Assembly: GCA_041748215.1 (NCBI GenBank)
Contig: JBGTDR010000176.1
Coordinates: forward strand, 213 to 64,212
DNA length: 64,000 nucleotides
Reading direction: 5' to 3'
Origin: Chthoniobacterales bacterium
GTDB taxonomy: Bacteria > Verrucomicrobiota > Verrucomicrobiia > Chthoniobacterales > JAATET01
Position 1 is the stretch's first letter. Each line of letters begins with the position of its first letter. The translations under genes and the position numbers were made by a program. The notes beneath the pieces were generated by a model. The model was given only the letters and a program-made list of their open reading frames with translations, made no database searches and was not told where the DNA came from. Below, in pieces: positions 56,972-64,000 of this stretch.

Positions 56972-57632
56972 GGGAAATCTTGCCGTCGAGCAGATGAATG
57001 CGGCGGGGGGCCATCGCGGCCACGTCTTCGCTGTGGGTGACGACTAGCATCGTCGCCATTTTTTGGGAAGCGATCTTTGCCAGTGCGTCCATGACGCGGG
57101 CGGCATTGGCTGAATCGAGATTTCCGGTGGGTTCGTCCGCCAGAAGTAGGCTCGGCTCATGAACAAGCGCGCGGGCGATCGAGGCGCGTTGCATTTCCCC
57201 GCCGCTGAGCTGGTGCGGGTAATGGGTCGTACGTTCGGACAGCCCGACGAGGTCGAGCAGCGCGCGGGCACGCTCCCGCATCCGGCTGCGGGGCGCACCC
57301 TGGAGAAGGAGGGGCAATTCCACGTTTTCGACGATCGTCATGGCGGGAAGCAGGTTGAAAAATTGAAAAACGATGCCGAGCCGGTGCCGACGGTAATGGG
57401 TGAGTTCGAACTCGGACGCGTGGTGGATCGGCGTGCCATCGACAAAAATCTCCCCTTCGTCGGGGCGATCCAGCCCTCCCAACAGGTGCAGCAGCGTACT
57501 TTTCCCGCACCCACTCGGCCCCGTGACCGTCGCGAACTCCTGGTCGGCGAGCTCGACGCTGATACCGTCGAGGGCGAGAACGCGCGTGGTGCCGGTCGCG
57601 TAGCGCCGCGTGACGCCGATGAGTTTTACCAT
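56964..57632 (-). CDS. ABC transporter ATP-binding protein (LolD/MacB-like)
   Basis: Walker A GPSGCGKST, VFQFFNL, LSGGEMQR, LLADEPTGNLD, VTH. Confidence 0.93.
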   Translation of the reverse strand: MVKLIGVTRRYATGTTRVLALDGISVELADQEFATVTGPSGCGKSTLLHLLGGLDRPDEGEIFVDGTPIHHASEFELTHYRRHRLGIVFQFFNLLPAMTIVENVELPLLLQGAPRSRMRERARALLDLVGLSERTTHYPHQLSGGEMQRASIARALVHEPSLLLADEPTGNLDSANAARVMDALAKIASQKMATMLVVTHSEDVAAMAPRRIHLLDGKISHG

Positions 57633-57648
57633 AGGATGGGGACGGTCG

Positions 57649-58428
57649 ATGAAGCAGGCAGCACCAGTCAACTTTACGGTTCTCGGCGAGACGCGGGCGC
57701 TCATTGCCGTCGACAAGCCGGCGGGCGTGCTGATTCATCCCTCAAAACCGGACGGCCCACGAACGCTCTGGGACGAACTTCGCGAGTTATTGGCCTACGA
57801 AATCGCCACGGGCGGCCAGGTTTCCATCATCAACCGGCTGGACCGGGAAACCAGCGGCGTGGTGCTGATCGCGAAAGATCTCGCCGCTGCCCGCGCTTGC
57901 GCCACCGCGATGCAAGCCGGTCAGATCACCAAAGAATACGAGGCGATCGTCTGGGGATGGCCGGAAACGGACACGTTCACCGTGAATGCCCCGATCTTGC
58001 GTCTCGGCGAAAAGTCGTCGTCGAAAATCTGGCTCAAACGCGCGGTGCATCCCGCCGGCGCGGTCGCAGTCACGGAATTTTCCGTAATCGAACGCCTGAC
58101 CTTGAGCGGAGGTCGCATCTCCCGGGTGCGAGCCCGGCCGCTGACCGGGCGAACCCATCAGATCCGCGTGCACCTGACGCACGCCGGATTTCCCGTGGTG
58201 GGTGATAAAATTTACGGCCCCGACGAGGAGTGGTATTTGCGGTTCGTCGAGGGTGGCTGGACCGATGATATGGCGAAGGCGCTCTGGCTTCCCCGGCATG
58301 CCCTGCATTCCGCACGGCTGGCTTTGGAGCTCGACGGCGTCCGGCACGCATGGACCAGTCCGCTGCCAGCCGATTTAGCCGATCTGACGAATCCGGTCGT
58401 TACGGGTTGCGACCCGCCCGTTCATTGA
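57649..58428 (+). CDS. RluA-family pseudouridine synthase
   Basis: VDKPAG, NRLDRETSGV (catalytic Asp), TGRTHQIRVH, GDKIYG, LHS. Confidence 0.92.
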   Translation: MKQAAPVNFTVLGETRALIAVDKPAGVLIHPSKPDGPRTLWDELRELLAYEIATGGQVSIINRLDRETSGVVLIAKDLAAARACATAMQAGQITKEYEAIVWGWPETDTFTVNAPILRLGEKSSSKIWLKRAVHPAGAVAVTEFSVIERLTLSGGRISRVRARPLTGRTHQIRVHLTHAGFPVVGDKIYGPDEEWYLRFVEGGWTDDMAKALWLPRHALHSARLALELDGVRHAWTSPLPADLADLTNPVVTGCDPPVH

Positions 58429-59044
58429 CGATGCCGCGCGTCACGGCGTCGGCGATGCGCTGTCGGCCCTTTTCCGTCTGCGCGTAAGCATTGTCGCTTG
58501 GGTTGGAAAGAAATCCGCATTCGACCAGGACGGCGGGGCGGCGATTGTTGCGCAGCACGTAAAAGCCGCGGCGTTTGACCCCACGATTGGGAGTTTTGTA
58601 CGTGCCGCGAAGTTCCTTTTGAATGTTGGCGGCCAGACGCTGTGAGCGCTCGGAATAATAGTAAGTCTCGACTCCCGCGGCAGAGCGTTTCGGAGCCCAG
58701 TTGTAATGGATGCTCACAAAGATCGCGTTGCGGGTGGCATTCGAGATCGCGACTCGCCTGCCGAGCGGCACGAAATAATCCCCGCCACGCGTGATCACGA
58801 CGCGGTAACCCCGCTTCTCGAGGTTGCGCCGCAACCGCAGCGCCGTGTCGAGCGCGACATCCTTTTCGTTGCGACCACTTACGGACCGCGCCCCACGATC
58901 ATGACCTCCGTGACCCGCGTCGACGATGACCGTGGTGAATTGTCCGGCACCACCCTGACCAATGTCGGAACACCCGCCCAGCGCAAGCAGCACGATGAGC
59001 AGAGCCGCCCCCGCCCAAAAAATGCTGATTCCGCTGCGTGCCAT
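58400..59044 (-). CDS. N-acetylmuramoyl-L-alanine amidase (Amidase_3), predicted lipoprotein
   Basis: Lipobox LGGC; [31 protein letters not shown]. Confidence 0.93.
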   Translation of the reverse strand: MARSGISIFWAGAALLIVLLALGGCSDIGQGGAGQFTTVIVDAGHGGHDRGARSVSGRNEKDVALDTALRLRRNLEKRGYRVVITRGGDYFVPLGRRVAISNATRNAIFVSIHYNWAPKRSAAGVETYYYSERSQRLAANIQKELRGTYKTPNRGVKRRGFYVLRNNRRPAVLVECGFLSNPSDNAYAQTEKGRQRIADAVTRGIVNERAGRNP

Positions 59045-59069
59045 CGTTTGTTTCGTAAAAGGACCCGGA

Positions 59070-59097
59070 AGGGTAAAACAGGCGCGAGGGAGCGCAA
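59070..59097 (-). promoter_or_regulatory. Putative sigma70 promoter for the amidase gene
   Basis: TTGCGC-16 nt-TACCCT. Confidence 0.4.
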
Positions 59098-59146
59098 TCA
59101 ATTAAGGCTCGATTTCCCCCGCGGCCCACGCATCCTCCGCGCTCTG

Positions 59147-59911
59147 ATGCTCTCGAAACGTGTGATCCCCTGCCTCGACGTGAAGGATGGCCGCGTTGTG
59201 AAGGGAACAAAATTTCTCGACTTGCGGGACGCTGGCGATCCGGTCGAGAGCGCGAAAGCGTACGATGCCCAAGGTGCCGATGAGTTGGTCTTCCTCGACA
59301 TCACGGCTTCCAGTGACAACCGCGCCACCATGGTCGACGTCGTTGGCCGAACGGCGGAACAGTGTTTTATGCCTCTCACCGTGGGCGGAGGGATTCGCAC
59401 CGTGGCCGACATGCGCACTTTGCTGCTCGCCGGTGCCGACAAGGTGAGCGTCAACACGGCGGCAATTAACGAACCCGAATTGATCCACGCGGCGGCAAAT
59501 CTTTTTGGCTCCCAGTGTGTGGTCGTGGCCATCGACGCCAAACGCAATCCGGGCGGCGGCTGGACGGTATACACCCACGGCGGCCGTCAGGCAACCGAAC
59601 TCGACGCCGTCGAATGGGCGCGCCAGGTCCACGAAGCAGGCGCCGGCGAAATTTTGCTCACCAGCATGGACGCGGACGGAACCGGGGCAGGATACGATCT
59701 CGCGCTGACCGCCGCAGTGAGCGATGCCGTTGAAATTCCGGTCATCGCCAGTGGTGGCGCCGGATCGATAGCCCACATGGTCGACGTTCTTTCGATCGGA
59801 AAAGCCGACGCCGTCCTCGCCGCGAGCATTTTTCACTTCGGAGAATTTACCGTTGGTCGTGTGAAGCATCTCCTTGCGGCTCAAGGGATCTCCGTCCGTA
59901 TGACGAACTGA
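59147..59911 (+). CDS. hisF: Imidazole glycerol phosphate synthase, cyclase subunit
   Basis: [49 protein letters not shown]. Confidence 0.97.
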   Translation: MLSKRVIPCLDVKDGRVVKGTKFLDLRDAGDPVESAKAYDAQGADELVFLDITASSDNRATMVDVVGRTAEQCFMPLTVGGGIRTVADMRTLLLAGADKVSVNTAAINEPELIHAAANLFGSQCVVVAIDAKRNPGGGWTVYTHGGRQATELDAVEWARQVHEAGAGEILLTSMDADGTGAGYDLALTAAVSDAVEIPVIASGGAGSIAHMVDVLSIGKADAVLAASIFHFGEFTVGRVKHLLAAQGISVRMTN

Positions 59912-59987
59912 CCCCAAAAGCGTTACAACAATTGGCTTGACGGAACCTCGAGCACTAACTATCGGCTGCTTCCAATAGAAAGCATTT

Positions 59988-60473
59988 GTGTCGAACCCCA
60001 TCGAAGACTTTAGCGTAGACGGCATTCTCACCATGCTCCGCAGCCAGGGCATGCGGATCACCCGGAGCAGGAGGGGCATCATGCAGGCGCTGTTTCTGGC
60101 GGAGCGGCCGCTCTCCTTGACCGAAATTCAGGCTCGCGCGCTGGCTGAAGGCGGCATGTTGCCGGATTATGCGACGGTTTTCCGCATGATGATTCTGCTC
60201 GAGCGGCTCAAGCTCGTTCACAAGGTGAACTTGAAGCGCTCATGCAGTTATTTCGAGCTCACCGACCCTTCGAAGCGGCACGACCACCTTGTGTGCACGG
60301 ACTGCGGCAAAGTGATGCTTCTGGAAACTGCGATGCCGATCTCTGAGATGGAGCGCAAGATCGAGGCTGACCACGGATTCACCGGGGTCCACCACTCGCT
60401 GGAATTTTTTGGCCGCTGTCCCGATTGTTCGGTTTCGGTCCCGGTCGCCGCACCGCAGCCAGTGGCAGCGTAA
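59988..60473 (+). CDS. Fur-family transcriptional regulator
   Basis: RITRSR, ATVFR, HDHLVCTDCG, FFGRCPDC; GTG start. Confidence 0.9.
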   Translation: MSNPIEDFSVDGILTMLRSQGMRITRSRRGIMQALFLAERPLSLTEIQARALAEGGMLPDYATVFRMMILLERLKLVHKVNLKRSCSYFELTDPSKRHDHLVCTDCGKVMLLETAMPISEMERKIEADHGFTGVHHSLEFFGRCPDCSVSVPVAAPQPVAA

Positions 60474-60846
60474 TCGCGAGGAGCACTACGTCGCGCAGAA
60501 TGGTGGCGACCATTCGATCCCGCGACGGCGGTTCGTCGCCGAAACATCCGCAGTCCACGATCAAGCCCTGGCTGAGAGCCCAGGTGAGCGCAGTGAGGAA
60601 AACGACCAGCAGCGCGGACAGAAGCGCCGCTCCCATTCGGGTCGTGCGTGGAATGAGAAGCAGAATTGCTCCCACGATCTCAGCGAATGGCAGCAGAATC
60701 GCTGCAATAGTGATCAACGGCGCGGGCAGGATAGAGAATTGTGAAATCGTGATGGCAAATCCTTCGCTCGCGCCGGCTTTGATACCTCCCGCGTAGAGAA
60801 AAAGTCCGGCCACAAAGACGCGGGCGGCCCAGAGCAAAATCGTCAT
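60379..60846 (-). CDS. MauE/DoxX-family membrane protein
   Basis: FLYAGGIK, LPFAEI, GLIVDCGCFG, ILRD; ATGA overlap with folP. Confidence 0.85.
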   Translation of the reverse strand: MTILLWAARVFVAGLFLYAGGIKAGASEGFAITISQFSILPAPLITIAAILLPFAEIVGAILLLIPRTTRMGAALLSALLVVFLTALTWALSQGLIVDCGCFGDEPPSRDRMVATILRDVVLLAITLPLAAVRRPGPKPNNRDSGQKIPASGGPR

Positions 60847-61709
60847 CGGTCGGTAAAAATTTCCGCGGCGGCGATCGCCTGGCGGGCGGCCCGCACGTTG
60901 TGCACGCGGAGGATCGCCGCGCTACGGCGGACGCCCGCGACAAGGCACGCCACGGTTCCCGCATCGCGATCAGCAGCCACCGGAATTCCCAGCACGTCTC
61001 CGATCACTGTTTTGCGCGAGACCGGCAACAGCACCGGCCAGCCGAGGCACGTGATTCGTTCGAGCTCGCGGTAGACGGTCAAATTATCATCGTGCTGTTT
61101 CGCAAAATCGATCCCGGGATCAAGCACGATCCCTTCCGGGTTCAGCCCCACCGCCATCGCCACGCGCGTTTTTTCGGCAAAAAATCGCTCCATTTCGTCC
61201 ATCACCTGGCGATAACGAACGTGGCCGTGCGGGACTTTCGGCTCGCCGCGAGTGTGCATGATGACAAGGGCGGCTCCCGTCTCGGCGCAGATCCGGGCAT
61301 TTGTATCATCGGGCAACCCGCTCATGTCGTTGAGAATGTCTCCGCTGATTGCGAGCGCCGCGCGGGCAACCTCCGGCCGCCACGTATTGATCGAAAGCAT
61401 CGGGGGAAACCACTGCCCGGCATCCGCAGGCCGCGCCGCGCGAACCGCCGCGTCAAATCCCTCCAGGAACGGCACGAGTCGCGCGATTTCGTCCGCTACC
61501 GAAATTGCCGCCCGGTTGGTGCGCGCGCTTTCCGCCCCGACATCGATGATGTCGGCGCCGTCGGCGGTCAGCTCCCCCACCCGCCTCAGCGCCCAATTGG
61601 CATCCAGTCGGCCATCGTCGGAAAAGGAATCGTCGTTGATGTTGACGATGCCCATCACGAGTGGACGACGGGGAAAAACGACCGAATGGTTGCGGGCGCG
61701 TAGGATCAT
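60843..61709 (-). CDS. folP: Dihydropteroate synthase
   Basis: VMGIVNINDDSFSDDG, IIDVGAESAR, LNDMSG, LDPGIDFAK, SRK, ILRVHNV. Confidence 0.94.
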   Translation of the reverse strand: MILRARNHSVVFPRRPLVMGIVNINDDSFSDDGRLDANWALRRVGELTADGADIIDVGAESARTNRAAISVADEIARLVPFLEGFDAAVRAARPADAGQWFPPMLSINTWRPEVARAALAISGDILNDMSGLPDDTNARICAETGAALVIMHTRGEPKVPHGHVRYRQVMDEMERFFAEKTRVAMAVGLNPEGIVLDPGIDFAKQHDDNLTVYRELERITCLGWPVLLPVSRKTVIGDVLGIPVAADRDAGTVACLVAGVRRSAAILRVHNVRAARQAIAAAEIFTDR

Positions 61710-61773
61710 GCGGCGGTCTTCCTGCTTGTGATGACCGGGATTCTCTTCCACCCTCGCGGCCAGTTCAATCGTC

Positions 61774-62817
61774 ATGAAGTTTATCGAGTCGGTTTACGAA
61801 AAGCTGCGGCGGCACCCTAAACGCATCGTTTTCCCCGAAGGTGACGACCCCCGTGTGGTGCGGGCCGCCCAGGTATTTTACGATCAGCAGCTCGGCGTGC
61901 CCGTGCTGCTCGGCCAGCGTGAAGTGATCGAACGGGTCGCGGCAGCGGAAAAAGTGAGCCTCGACCACGTTGCAATCGTCAATCCAGAGACGTCCTCCGA
62001 CCTCCCGATTTTCTGCGAACGACTCGAAAAACTCGACCGCTACAAAAATGTCGGCGTGCGCGACTCCCGCGCCATCATGGTGAATCGAAATTATTTCGCC
62101 GCCATGATGCTGCAGTATGGTCTGGTGGACGGGCTCGTTGGCGGCGTGAGTACGTACGGCGGATCGCTGTTGCGGCCGCTGCTTTACATCGTGAAACGCT
62201 TTCCGCACGCCGAGGTGGTCGCCAGCGCGATGGCGGTAGCCGTGCCGAATTCCACTTACGGCGACGACGGCGTCTTGTTTTTCGGCGATTGTGCCGTGGT
62301 CCCCGAACCAACCATGCAGCAGCTGGCTTCGATTGCCGTGCAGTCCGGCATGCTCGCCCGCCAGATTTTTGGCAAACGCCCGCGCGTCGCGTTGCTGAGC
62401 TTTTCCACCAAAGGCAGCGCCGTCACGCCGTCGACCGAAAAAGTGGCCGCGGCCACCACCATTGCCCGGGAACTCGCCACCAAGCTCGGTGTCGAAATGG
62501 AAGTCGATGGCGAACTCCAGGCCGATACTGCTCTCGTTCCGGAGCTGGCCGGCATCAAGCAAGTCGGCGGCCTCGTAGCGGGCCACGCGAACGTTTTGAT
62601 ATTTCCCGATCTCAATTCGGGAAACATCGCGATCAAGCTTGTCCAGCACCTCGCCGGAGCCCGCGTTTACGGTCAGATCCTGCTTGGACTCACGCGCCCG
62701 GCCGCCGAGCTGTCACGCGGCACCCACCCGGACGAAATCGCCAGCGTCGCCGCGATCGTCGGTCTGCAGGCCATCGAATACCGCAAGCTGTATCCCACCG
62801 AAAATCCCGGCGATTGA
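61774..62817 (+). CDS. Short (class I-type) phosphate acyltransferase, PTA_PTB family
   Basis: RIVFPEGDDPRV, FGDCAV, RVALLSFSTKGS, DGELQAD, FPDLNSGNI, ELSRG. Confidence 0.9.
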   Translation: MKFIESVYEKLRRHPKRIVFPEGDDPRVVRAAQVFYDQQLGVPVLLGQREVIERVAAAEKVSLDHVAIVNPETSSDLPIFCERLEKLDRYKNVGVRDSRAIMVNRNYFAAMMLQYGLVDGLVGGVSTYGGSLLRPLLYIVKRFPHAEVVASAMAVAVPNSTYGDDGVLFFGDCAVVPEPTMQQLASIAVQSGMLARQIFGKRPRVALLSFSTKGSAVTPSTEKVAAATTIARELATKLGVEMEVDGELQADTALVPELAGIKQVGGLVAGHANVLIFPDLNSGNIAIKLVQHLAGARVYGQILLGLTRPAAELSRGTHPDEIASVAAIVGLQAIEYRKLYPTENPGD

Positions 62818-62836
62818 ACCGCTGGTCCGCGACGGT

Positions 62837-63949
62837 TTGAATACGACGACACCCCGGCTTTTTGTAGCCGCCACCGAACAGAATACCGGCAAGACCACGA
62901 CCTCCCTCGGGCTCTACGGCGTGCTGCGCCAGCGATTCCAGGCCATCGGATTTATCAAACCCGTCGGCCAGCGATTCACCGAAGTCGAAGGCAAACGCAT
63001 CGACGAAGACAGCGTCCTCATTCGCGATACGTACCAAACCCAGACGCCGATCGAGGACATGAGTCCCATCGCCGTCGAACCCGACTTCACCCGGCGCTAC
63101 ATCGAAACGTCCAACAGCGAAACGCTCGTGCGGCGCATCCGGCATTCGTTCGACCGGACCTGCTGGGAAAAAAATTTCGTCATCATCGAAGGCACCGGGC
63201 ACGCCGGGGTGGGATCGGTTTTCGACCTCTCGAATGCCCGCGTCGCCAGCCTGCTTGCCAGCAAGGTCATCCTCGTCACGCCGGGCGGCATCGGCCGACC
63301 GATCGACGAAGCGTCGTTGAACAAAGCCCTCTTCGATCAGGAGGGAGTTGAGGTCATCGGCGTGGTGATGAACAAAGTGCTTTCCAGCAAATACGATTAC
63401 ATCGCGGAATTCGCGCGGCGGGGATTCGACCGTCTGGGGCTCGAGCTCCTTGGTGTGATTCCGCAGGAACGCATTCTCGCCGAACCGACACTCATCGACA
63501 TCGCCCAGATCATCAAAGGCGAAGTCCTGAGCGGGGCGCAACACATGCGCCGCCGCGCCGCCAACGTCATGATCGGCGCCATGCAATCGTCCAACGTGCT
63601 CAACCGGATCGAGGGCCGCACGCTCCTCATCGCACCGGGTGACCGCGAAGACATCATTCTCGCCGCCCACTCCGAAACGGAACTTGCCCGCGGGGCCGAT
63701 GGTATCGCCGGTCTCGTGCTTTCCGAATCGCTTCGACCCCAGGGAGTCATCGCTGATCTTGTCCGCAACTCGGATCTGCCCATCATCGCTTCACCGATGG
63801 ATAGCTACACCATCGCCAGCCGGATTCATTCCATGACGGTCAAAACCCTGCCCGGCGACTCCGACAAAATCACCCGCATCCAGGATCTCGTGAGCGAATA
63901 CGTGAACGTCGATCGCATCCTCGAAAAACTCGGAGTGCCTCCGTCGTGA
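62837..63949 (+). CDS. P-loop (BioD/AAA_26-like) + DRTGG protein, equivalent to the N-terminal half of long Pta
   Basis: LFVAATEQNTGKTT, FIKPVGQ, IEGTGHAGVGSV, PGDRED; TTG start inferred. Confidence 0.87.
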   Translation: MNTTTPRLFVAATEQNTGKTTTSLGLYGVLRQRFQAIGFIKPVGQRFTEVEGKRIDEDSVLIRDTYQTQTPIEDMSPIAVEPDFTRRYIETSNSETLVRRIRHSFDRTCWEKNFVIIEGTGHAGVGSVFDLSNARVASLLASKVILVTPGGIGRPIDEASLNKALFDQEGVEVIGVVMNKVLSSKYDYIAEFARRGFDRLGLELLGVIPQERILAEPTLIDIAQIIKGEVLSGAQHMRRRAANVMIGAMQSSNVLNRIEGRTLLIAPGDREDIILAAHSETELARGADGIAGLVLSESLRPQGVIADLVRNSDLPIIASPMDSYTIASRIHSMTVKTLPGDSDKITRIQDLVSEYVNVDRILEKLGVPPS

Positions 63950-64000
63950 CGACGCGCTGGCTGTTCATTGTCTGCGCGATTTTTTTTGTCACCGCTCCGT
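63946..64000 (+). CDS. Possible start of the next gene (signal-peptide-like), cut by the window edge
   Basis: GTGA overlap with the previous stop; reads MTTRWLFIVCAIFFVTAP. Confidence 0.35.
   Translation, partial: MTTRWLFIVCAIFFVTAP

Noticed and set aside
39979-59947. Shared 11-mer TTGACGGAACC upstream of ackA (minus strand) and the Fur-family gene (plus strand)
   Set aside because: Only two copies, largely explained by a -35-like hexamer; could be chance.
3649-63670. Many long antisense or alternate-frame ORFs (e.g. 3649..5304, 8537..9991, 29563..31146, 37198..39000, 44624..45910)
   Set aside because: They are shadows of well-supported genes, expected from high GC and codon bias, and carry no recognisable motifs.

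Overview
A gene-dense, high-GC bacterial chromosome segment made mostly of core genes. It is most consistent with Verrucomicrobiota (Chthoniobacterales-like); this is an inference from the lpxC-fabZ fusion, the prs-rplY-pth-rpsF-ssb order, and a secreted protein ending in a 'DPDGDG..NLAEY..RFLRL' domain. It holds about 62 CDS and one tRNA-Arg(ACG). These include gcvT-gcvH-gcvP, speA, larC, a TRAP transporter, two lpxA paralogs, radC, ssb, rpsF, pth, rplY, prs, polX, nth, tsaD, an S41 protease, birA, nadC, rnd, nuoB-nuoC, a stand-alone coaB-like gene, ackA-pta, lepB, two HtrA proteases, a DUF4912 protein, xerC, rpmB, an ExbB-ExbD-giant TPR module, an RCC1-repeat protein, lpxC-fabZ, an amidase, hisF, a Fur-family regulator, folP and a second, split Pta locus. 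I see no transposase, prophage or CRISPR array. The main leads are: (1) a recurring -10 hexamer 6-8 nt before start codons with no Shine-Dalgarno, suggesting widespread leaderless mRNAs; (2) a DUF4912 protein with 14 [S/T/A]SW repeats behind a sigma54-type promoter overlapped by a palindrome; (3) an ExbB-ExbD-TPR-HtrA module with no TonB; (4) a second LpxA lacking two substrate-binding residues; (5) a split Pta with a changed catalytic Asp; (6) an FmdB-like protein that has lost its zinc-ribbon cysteines and is coupled to polX. All family calls come from motif recognition by eye, with no database searches, and start codons were chosen by inspection.
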